A stretch of 64,000 nt of DNA from Candidatus Liptonbacteria bacterium. GTDB taxonomy: Bacteria; Patescibacteriota; Minisyncoccia; UBA6257; 2-01-FULL-56-20. Below are positions 56,881-64,000 of the stretch, in pieces (position 1 is the first letter of the stretch; the number at the start of each line of letters is the position of its first letter). The notes under the pieces are model-generated. The model did no database searches. It saw nothing but the letters and a program-made list of their open reading frames with translations, and was not told the origin of the DNA. The stretch is taken from the NCBI GenBank assembly GCA_023244895.1, contig JAHFLL010000001.1:681802-745801 (forward strand), given 5' to 3'. The position numbers and the translations under genes are program-made.

Positions 56881-57469
56881 GTTTATTTTTTAAAATTATA
56901 TCAACTGCTTCTGTTAAATTTTTTGCCACATGGTCCGGACGCATAGGATATTTACCGTCACCCCCCCCATAACCGGTTTTAACCAAAATAGTCCTAACTC
57001 CAGCTCTCTCCCCTGCAAGAATATCTCCGGTCTTATCGCCCACCAAATAACTCCTCTTGAGATCTATGTTCATTTCTTTGACTGCCTTCAAAATTAATCC
57101 TGGCTCTGGCTTGCGGCAACTGCACTTATGAGCATATTTTACCACCTTGCCGTCCAGGTGATGAGGACAATAATAAGCCGCATCTAATCTGGCTCCTTTC
57201 CCCATTATTCTAGAATTAAGAACTTCTCCTATTCGGTACATTTCCGCCTCAGACAACATGCCCTTGGCAACTGCCGCCTGATTGGAAATTATAATCGTCA
57301 GCCAACCGGCGCGATTTAGACTGCTCAAGGCGCTTGCTACGCCAGGCAATAACCGCAACTGGTCTTCTTTGCAAAGATGATCAACGTCCCTTATTAAAAC
57401 CCCATCTCGATCTAAAAAAACCGCAGGGTGAACTTTAGCAGATCTATGCGCTATCACTAGGTTTTTCAT
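56873..57469 (-). CDS. gmhB: D-glycero-D-manno-heptose-1,7-bisphosphate phosphatase
   Basis: FLDRDGVL, SNQ, YCPHH...CSCRKP, VGDKTGD. Confidence 0.88.
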   Translation of the reverse strand: MKNLVIAHRSAKVHPAVFLDRDGVLIRDVDHLCKEDQLRLLPGVASALSSLNRAGWLTIIISNQAAVAKGMLSEAEMYRIGEVLNSRIMGKGARLDAAYYCPHHLDGKVVKYAHKCSCRKPEPGLILKAVKEMNIDLKRSYLVGDKTGDILAGERAGVRTILVKTGYGGGDGKYPMRPDHVAKNLTEAVDIILKNKHA

Positions 57470-58785
57470 TCTCTAAAATCTTCCGCTTCGTCAAAACGAC
57501 GCAAGAGTAGCCCAGAAACGATTAGGCTAATAACCAACCAGAGCCACCGCAGGGTTAGCGTATCCAAGAATAAGGAGTTTGCAAGCAATGCTATTAAGCA
57601 GACTATTAAACCATTACTTTCCCAATCGTTCTCAATTAGAATCTTTTTCGCGTAACGCAAAATATTGGCGAGAAACCCCAATAAGGCGATTAGCCCCAGA
57701 TATCCGCCCGACAAACCGACCTGCAAAAACAAGTTGTGAGGTCCCAATTTATGACCATCTGACGCTAGCATGATTGGTTGCCAATAATGATACGCGAGGC
57801 CGAAGCCCAAGGGATGGCTGATAAATTTTTTAAATCCGGTCAGGAAAAGAGTATCTCTACCTGAGGCGAGATAATCCAAGCTTTCATTAGAGGGCATCCC
57901 CACAGAGGAGGTTGAGCCGGTAAAAGGTCGCACTATACGATCAAGCATTGCACCTCTGATTTCGGGAGAGGCGCTTGTCCACGACAGTAATACTCCCAGG
58001 ATTAGAAATCCCGTAATCCAAATGGAACTTAGAAGTTTGCGGTGGATAAGGAAACTGCTACGAAAATAAAACACTGTTAAAAAAAGCGACGCCACAGCGG
58101 CAGAAAGGATTGCTCCCCGCGATGCAGTCCAGAGTAGGAGCGGTGTCAGAGTGGCAACCAAGGGCAAACCTAGCCAACGCTTACGATCCTTTGAGTAAAG
58201 AAAATACGCCGAGGACAATATCAAACCGAGAGCTATCCAACCACCCAAATAGTTTGGATCATTACCGGGGCCACGCAAGCGCTGATCCTCTATTTCAAAA
58301 AATAAACCACTCCAGATAGGAATGCGAGACAACCACAATACCAATGGAGAAATCATTATTGTAGCCAAAACACGCTTGCGCCAAATAGGGTATAAATAGA
58401 GAAAGCAAGTTGCGCCAAGAAAGAATGCCACCACAAACATAAATCTAAAATATTCTAAAACAACTTCACTCACATATATTCGCCATTCCGGCAGAAAAAT
58501 TGCGCTATAGAACAGTCCCAAGACAAACGACAAGGCCAAGAGCGTCAACCATGTAAAAGCAGCACGCAGATGCAACCCTAAATTGCGGATCAAGCTACGC
58601 GCCTGGATAGATGCCAAAATCACAAAGATAAGCACCGCGAGGAACAGAGCAGTAAATAATTCGAAAAACTTGAGCGCTGGCCAAGGCCAACCAAAACGCA
58701 ACGTCAACGAAAACACGGCTGAACATAACAGCACCCCCGCGACGTTAGCCGAGTAATTTATTAAATAGTTCTTCATATTGGCCAA
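57466..58785 (-). CDS. O-antigen ligase / Wzy_C-like membrane protein
   Basis: RLRGPGNDPNY, TASRGA, PHNLFL...GG..GL. Confidence 0.8.
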   Translation of the reverse strand: MANMKNYLINYSANVAGVLLCSAVFSLTLRFGWPWPALKFFELFTALFLAVLIFVILASIQARSLIRNLGLHLRAAFTWLTLLALSFVLGLFYSAIFLPEWRIYVSEVVLEYFRFMFVVAFFLGATCFLYLYPIWRKRVLATIMISPLVLWLSRIPIWSGLFFEIEDQRLRGPGNDPNYLGGWIALGLILSSAYFLYSKDRKRWLGLPLVATLTPLLLWTASRGAILSAAVASLFLTVFYFRSSFLIHRKLLSSIWITGFLILGVLLSWTSASPEIRGAMLDRIVRPFTGSTSSVGMPSNESLDYLASGRDTLFLTGFKKFISHPLGFGLAYHYWQPIMLASDGHKLGPHNLFLQVGLSGGYLGLIALLGFLANILRYAKKILIENDWESNGLIVCLIALLANSLFLDTLTLRWLWLVISLIVSGLLLRRFDEAEDFRE

Positions 58786-60625
58786 CTATGGTCTGCCAGT
58801 CGTGCCCCCCTTGCCATATCTCTTTGCCATTTCGGATTAAATCTGCACGCAAGGAAGGATTATCTAGCAAGCGGTTCGCGGAAGCAGACATTTCGTCGAA
58901 AGTCGTGGCGATTTCAACCGCTCCAGGATGGTCCAAAACGTTACCGACTGGCCTAGTCAGAAACGGAGTACCAGCCGCGAAAGATTCATACATGACTAAT
59001 GGAGAACATTCTACCTGGGAGCCGAAAAGAAAAAGATCTGCGTTTTTATAGGCAGATAAAACCGCCTGCCTATTCCGTCCATCCACTAGATATATATTCT
59101 TGCTCCAGACGCTTTTCCAGAAACAGGACAACCTGTCCACAAAAACATGTCCCCATTCCTTAAAACTGCGGGGGGGCCTCAACTCTCCTATCATGAGCAA
59201 AGATACATCATCTCTCTGCATTCTGCGGAAGGCCTTTAGGACAAAATCGTGCCCCTTGGCTTTATAATGATTAGAAACAGATATGGCTAAAAAGGGAGTT
59301 TTTATACCCATCTTTTTACGTATGTCGTAGTCGTCCGTGGATACAAATTCCTCGCTCGCCACGCCATTAGGAATTAAAACCGATTTATCTGCTAGGCCAT
59401 GCTCATCCCCAAATTTTTTGTCCTGGTAGTTTGGAGACATATAAACCAAAGCATCATAATGGCGTAAATATTTTGGTAACTCCCGAAAATAATCTTGATA
59501 GCATTTTTTAAGGAGGCCCGAGTAGCCACAAGGCACTAATATCTTTCTAGCTTTTATCTTATCTAAACGGTCCAGCGCTAAATCGGTTGGCCAACTTTGA
59601 GCGGCATAATTCAGTATCACATCGAAGTCGCCCTCTAGTAGTTTCTGATACCGCTCTATTTCCCTGGCGCTACCACGTATGCCCGCAACCTTGTTTCCAG
59701 CCAGATTAAATTCTTCTAATCTCACGCCGTTATGGTTGAATCTTTCGCGTTCGACTAGCTTAGTGGTGGCAACCGTGACTTTATGCCCACTATCGGCCAA
59801 TCTTTCGGCCAATTGCCTAACAACCTCTTCTGCTCCGCCAATTTTAGGATAATAGAACTCCACCGTTAAAAGAATTTTCAGCTGTCTAGAAATTAGACTT
59901 TTTGCTTTGGGCCCAAAGCCAGCATCCTTCATCCAAACTGCCAAAAGATCCTCCTCTTCCTTGCCTACTAGATATTGGGATAATAGTGAGCAGACAGCCC
60001 TTCTTTCGTCTACCGTCTGGTCGGCATCCTTCCTGGCCTTCATTTCTAGGTTGGGCAAACGATGTCCCCCATATTTACGATAGAAACTATCTGGAACGAA
60101 TCTACCTATAAAATTAAGAAATGGTATCTTGGGATAATGTTGCGCCAAACGGTTATGGTAGGTCTTGCATCTTATATTTTTAAAACCTAATTTTTTTAGA
60201 ACCAAATTGCCCTTGGACTTATCCCAATAATCATAATGGTTAGCCCACTTAGCCTCTTGAGAACCTAAAATATGTCGCCATAGCTGGAACTTTCTTCTTT
60301 GAGAGAGAGCGAATACGTATGCTCGAGCGCATGCCCCAAAGTCAGGGGTTTCTATCCAAAGTAGACCGTTTGGCTTAAGCCATCTACGCCAGCGTAACAA
60401 CAATTTTAAAGCCTGCGCACGGTTAAAATGTTCAAAAAGATGGTGGCTACGAATCTCATCTACTGAATTATCCGGATAGCTCAAATCCATCATATCGGAA
60501 TACAAGTCCGCCTTAACCTTCATCACGCTATGCTCCGATTGAGGATAATCGACATTAACGTACCCCTCCATATACTTATCCCCGCAACCTAGATGGAGCT
60601 TAACCGGATTTGGATTTGTTTCCAT
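58745..60625 (-). CDS. Fusion of SAM methyltransferase-like domain and GT4 glycosyltransferase
   Basis: KLHLGCG...HLFEH...LKPNG.L.IETPD; then GGAEEVV...ECSPLVMYESFAAGTP. Confidence 0.8.
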   Translation of the reverse strand: METNPNPVKLHLGCGDKYMEGYVNVDYPQSEHSVMKVKADLYSDMMDLSYPDNSVDEIRSHHLFEHFNRAQALKLLLRWRRWLKPNGLLWIETPDFGACARAYVFALSQRRKFQLWRHILGSQEAKWANHYDYWDKSKGNLVLKKLGFKNIRCKTYHNRLAQHYPKIPFLNFIGRFVPDSFYRKYGGHRLPNLEMKARKDADQTVDERRAVCSLLSQYLVGKEEEDLLAVWMKDAGFGPKAKSLISRQLKILLTVEFYYPKIGGAEEVVRQLAERLADSGHKVTVATTKLVERERFNHNGVRLEEFNLAGNKVAGIRGSAREIERYQKLLEGDFDVILNYAAQSWPTDLALDRLDKIKARKILVPCGYSGLLKKCYQDYFRELPKYLRHYDALVYMSPNYQDKKFGDEHGLADKSVLIPNGVASEEFVSTDDYDIRKKMGIKTPFLAISVSNHYKAKGHDFVLKAFRRMQRDDVSLLMIGELRPPRSFKEWGHVFVDRLSCFWKSVWSKNIYLVDGRNRQAVLSAYKNADLFLFGSQVECSPLVMYESFAAGTPFLTRPVGNVLDHPGAVEIATTFDEMSASANRLLDNPSLRADLIRNGKEIWQGGHDWQTIVGQYEELFNKLLG

Positions 60626-60635
60626 GTGGTTTGTT

Positions 60636-61574
60636 CTAGCCTATTTTATTGCCTGCCCGATCCCTAAACTGCATTGGCTCTTCGACGAGCTTTGTTTTCA
60701 ATGCGGAAATTTTTACCAGATAATCCTCCCGGCTTTTGCGATTATACTCCAGAAACTTTTCGCTAATGGACCCGGAATTCACTCGAGCAAAACTTATTAT
60801 ACGCGGGAAACAATAAGAGAGGTATCCTCGGGCGTTAAAGTTATAGTAGAAAGACATCCAATCTCCTGGCTCCTTAGTACCCATGTGATACGGAGGCAAG
60901 CAATCCATAAACATTTTTCTATCCATAAACATGGCATTATCCGGAAACAGAACTCCCGTCTCTAGCCAATAATTGAACCACTCCCTTTTGTGGAGAGGCT
61001 TGGAATTTTTCACAAAGCTCGCGGCTGCTTTAAGATTGGCAGGTTTCCAGAGGCGTAATATATTCCGAACCGATTTTATAGGATGTAAAATATCTATCCG
61101 CGAAAAAGCACTATTGATTAATTTCGCCCATCGCCAGCCAGACTTATTCTCCGGCAAAAATCTAGCAAACATATAGTTTGGTCCTAATTCTTTTCCTTCT
61201 TCGTTTATCTGCATAGGCACTCCCCAAACCAAAGATACCTCCGGATCACTCTCCATCGTCTCCACGCAAGATTTCAGCCAATCCTTATCGAGCCAACCAT
61301 CCGAAGCGCACAAGACGCAAACAAACTCTCCCTGCGCCTTTTCCAAGGCTTTATGTATGGCGTGGTATGGTCCTTCGTCCGGCTCTGACCAAAATCTTAC
61401 GCGCGGATCAGAAATGGCATATTTCTTCAGTATTTCCACGGTAGCATCTTTAGAGCCACCATCCATAACAATTACCTCCCAGTCTCCAAAGGTTTGAGCG
61501 AATACCGTGTCTAGTGTTTCCGCTAGGTATTTCTCTGCCTGAAAAATTGGCATTAAGATGGATACTTTAGCCAT
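60636..61574 (-). CDS. Glycosyltransferase family 2
   Basis: VSILMP, MDGGSKD, SEPDEG.YHA. Confidence 0.88.
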   Translation of the reverse strand: MAKVSILMPIFQAEKYLAETLDTVFAQTFGDWEVIVMDGGSKDATVEILKKYAISDPRVRFWSEPDEGPYHAIHKALEKAQGEFVCVLCASDGWLDKDWLKSCVETMESDPEVSLVWGVPMQINEEGKELGPNYMFARFLPENKSGWRWAKLINSAFSRIDILHPIKSVRNILRLWKPANLKAAASFVKNSKPLHKREWFNYWLETGVLFPDNAMFMDRKMFMDCLPPYHMGTKEPGDWMSFYYNFNARGYLSYCFPRIISFARVNSGSISEKFLEYNRKSREDYLVKISALKTKLVEEPMQFRDRAGNKIG

Positions 61575-61585
61575 AAACGCTCTTC

Positions 61586-62596
61586 TTATCTGAAATTTAT
61601 TCCGCCCAGATTATGACTATAGTGAACAATATGACTACCCAAAGAATCGAACCTAAAAGGCACGTGCATAAATTTACCAAGGGCGCTTCGAACCTCTTCT
61701 TGTTTGTCTGGCTCAACGAAAAGAAGCACGAATCCCCCTCCGCCAGCACCCAAAAGCTTCCCCCCTATCGCCCCCGCCTGCTTAGCGGAATTGTAAACTT
61801 CGTCCACGGTGGAGTTGGTGATATTATCAGTTAATTCTCTTTTGCGGCGCCAAGCTTCGTCTAGCAATTCCCCGAACTCCCGCAGATTATGACTCGTATT
61901 AGTCAATATTTCTACCGCCTCATCCACCATTTGGTGCATCCGTCTAAGATTAGCATCATTGCGCTCTGTGTTCTTTATCCAATGTATAGCCATGTCAGAT
62001 GCCGTGCGAGATAAACCCGTGAAGAAAAGCATGCAGTGATCCTGCATACTCTCCAATCGATCGTGAGACATGATAATTGGCTCAACTCTAACGCCATGCT
62101 GGCCCCCGAATATTATTCTATTCAACCCGCCGAATGCTGCAGCAACTTGGTCCTGGGAACCGACATTTTCTTTAATGTGCTGCTGTTCCACCTGAATGGC
62201 ATCCATTGCAAGTTGGTGCTTGCTTACCATTTTGCCCTTAAGAGTATAGAGCGCATGAAGCAGTCCCACCGTAAAAGAAGAGCTTGAGCCCATTCCGGAA
62301 CGTGCCGGCAAATCGCCATCATGGATAACGGTGACACCATGGTCTATATCTGCGAACTTTAGACACTCCCTTACGGAGGGATGCTCTATCTCGTCCGGGT
62401 GGTCTACATTTTCTATCTTGGAATAAACTATATGATGTTTTTTCTCAAAAAAAGGAGGGAGTGGACGACAGGTGACATGGCAATACTTGTCTATACTGGT
62501 AGACAAAACCTGACCCCCGTTTTTATCATACCAGGCAGGATAATCTGTGCCACCTCCGAAAAACGATATACGAAATGGTGTTCTAGTAATAACCAT
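61586..62596 (-). CDS. hddA: D-glycero-alpha-D-manno-heptose-7-phosphate kinase (GHMP family)
   Basis: RTPFRISFFGGGTD, PARSGMGSSS, GSQDQ, GGKLLGAGGGGF. Confidence 0.85.
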   Translation of the reverse strand: MVITRTPFRISFFGGGTDYPAWYDKNGGQVLSTSIDKYCHVTCRPLPPFFEKKHHIVYSKIENVDHPDEIEHPSVRECLKFADIDHGVTVIHDGDLPARSGMGSSSSFTVGLLHALYTLKGKMVSKHQLAMDAIQVEQQHIKENVGSQDQVAAAFGGLNRIIFGGQHGVRVEPIIMSHDRLESMQDHCMLFFTGLSRTASDMAIHWIKNTERNDANLRRMHQMVDEAVEILTNTSHNLREFGELLDEAWRRKRELTDNITNSTVDEVYNSAKQAGAIGGKLLGAGGGGFVLLFVEPDKQEEVRSALGKFMHVPFRFDSLGSHIVHYSHNLGGINFR

Positions 62597-62646
62597 AGAT
62601 ATGTTTACTGCTCCAATTTATCCTAGAGTGAGACAAAGCGCAACAT

Positions 62647-63567
62647 CTAAGCAGCTAGAATACGGGAAATAGACCCCGCCACCTTTTCCGCGGAGATATT
62701 ACAAACATCCCTTAAGTACTGCTGACTCCCGACCGTTTCTGGCCAAAAATCGTCCACTCCAAAAGAATGAAATTTTTTAGGGCGATTGTCCGAATCCATA
62801 AGAACTTCCGCAACCGCGCTACCGAGTCCACCGATAACACTGTGCTCCTCCAGAGTAAATATTCCTCGCCTCTTGCCGGCTCGATCCAGTAAGAACTCCC
62901 TATCTATAGGCTTTAAAGTATGCATATTCGCTACCTCTACCTCCAAGCCCTCCGCAGAGAGAATTTCCGCAGCGCGCAACGCTTCTGACACTATCGTGCC
63001 CTGTGAAACTATAGTTATGTCTCCCCCCTCCCTCAAAACGGATGCCTTACCTAAGGCGGCTGGAATCTGAACTGGTAAATTGGGCTCCTTACCTCTTCCA
63101 ATACGCACATAAGCTGGTCCGCCCAGCTCGAGCACCTGTTTCATTAAGCTGTATGTCTCGGGCGGATCCGCAGGACAAACTATTTTCATATTGGGCAAGG
63201 CCCGCAACATAGCAAGTTCCTCTATGGAATAGTGTGTTGCTCCGGCAGAACCATAGGCGAATCCTCCGCCTACTCCCAGTACTATAACGTTCAGGTTCTG
63301 ATCGCAGATATCAATCTTTATCTGCTCTATGCAACGCAAGGTAATAAAAGGCACTATGGAATATGCCACCACTTGCATGCCCGAAAGAGCCAGGCCGGCA
63401 GACACTCCAATAATGTTCTGCTCGGACATTCCTCCATTGATATAGCGCGCACCGAAATCTCTACGAAACTCCTCTGTTTTCATGTGCCCCAGATCACCAT
63501 TAATAAACCACAGACTGTTGTTTTTCAAACCATTTTCATATATTGCTCTTACGGCTTCAAAGCGCAT
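62647..63567 (-). CDS. Transketolase C-terminal subunit
   Basis: GMSEQN, GATH, GPAYVRIG, EEHS..GGLGS. Confidence 0.9.
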   Translation of the reverse strand: MRFEAVRAIYENGLKNNSLWFINGDLGHMKTEEFRRDFGARYINGGMSEQNIIGVSAGLALSGMQVVAYSIVPFITLRCIEQIKIDICDQNLNVIVLGVGGGFAYGSAGATHYSIEELAMLRALPNMKIVCPADPPETYSLMKQVLELGGPAYVRIGRGKEPNLPVQIPAALGKASVLREGGDITIVSQGTIVSEALRAAEILSAEGLEVEVANMHTLKPIDREFLLDRAGKRRGIFTLEEHSVIGGLGSAVAEVLMDSDNRPKKFHSFGVDDFWPETVGSQQYLRDVCNISAEKVAGSISRILAA

Positions 63568-63579
63568 ATTTCTGCTGAA

Positions 63580-64000
63580 TCAAGATAGTTCTTTTATTGC
63601 GACCTCGTACTGCTCTGCGTCCGGACATTTACCATGCCACTCTCCCCTATTTTCCATAAAAGAAACCCCCTTGCCCTTTAAAGTATTGGCGATAATTGCG
63701 CGGGGTTTATCTGATTTATTTTCCAGTGCCGATATAAGCTCATCAAAATCATGTCCATTCACGCTTTCCACTTCCCACCGAAATGCGCGCAATTTTTCAT
63801 CCAGGGGATCGATATCTAGAATCTGATTCGTGCGTAGGCCAGACATTCCGTCCTGTAGATAGTTGCGATCTATAATAAGGGTTAGATTGGATAATTGATG
63901 ATGTCCCGCGAAAAGAAGCGCCTCCCAAACAGAACCCTCCTCCATCTCGCCATCTCCGGAAAGAACGAATATTCTGGAATCTTCGCCTTTTTGCTTAGCT
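63580..64000 (-). CDS. Transketolase N-terminal subunit (truncated by window edge)
   Basis: TPP-binding SGDGEMEEGSVWEA..., NGHD, TLKGKG. Confidence 0.88.
   Translation of the reverse strand, partial: AKQKGEDSRIFVLSGDGEMEEGSVWEALLFAGHHQLSNLTLIIDRNYLQDGMSGLRTNQILDIDPLDEKLRAFRWEVESVNGHDFDELISALENKSDKPRAIIANTLKGKGVSFMENRGEWHGKCPDAEQYEVAIKELS

Noticed and set aside
1-64000. Alternative genetic code (UGA=Gly) as in Gracilibacteria/Absconditabacteria
   Set aside because: Conserved genes are full length under the standard code, and TGA acts as a stop (for example the ykuK-like gene and the 21065 ORF).

Overview
Chromosomal segment of a small-genome bacterium, most likely Patescibacteria/CPR (Parcubacteria-like). 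This is inferred from the PG-binding S-layer-type protein, DUF5671/SPW/DUF2339 membrane proteins, archaeal-type UMP kinase and SD-less AT-rich starts; the standard genetic code fits. Most genes lie on the - strand. Housekeeping content: S-layer-like gene, galU-like, clpB, htrA, iscS, PMM/PGM, ftsK-rodZ-recA, pnp-rpsO, a Xer-type recombinase, idi, pyrH, lemA/htpX, groES/EL (CIRCE boxes at groES and clpB), a thiol-redox cluster and the start of a surface-glycan locus with GDP-heptose genes. There is also a tRNA-Ser-anchored defence islet. Five unexplained signals stand out. (1) A four-helix-bundle-like/wHTH gene whose own coding sequence and promoter carry more than 20 copies of an 8-bp motif TTGCCGRA in both orientations. 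(2) A ~305-nt highly structured leader with an internal terminator upstream of the S-layer gene. (3) Six GC-rich orphan cassettes with their own sigma70-like promoters and strong or G-rich SD sites, in a genome whose core genes are SD-less or leaderless. (4) A four-helix-bundle gene bracketed by inverted heptamer arrays, with orphan arrays scattered through the window and related repeats inserted in frame in iscS. (5) Two matching 34-bp palindromes bracketing the tyrosine recombinase. All family assignments are by eye, without database searches.
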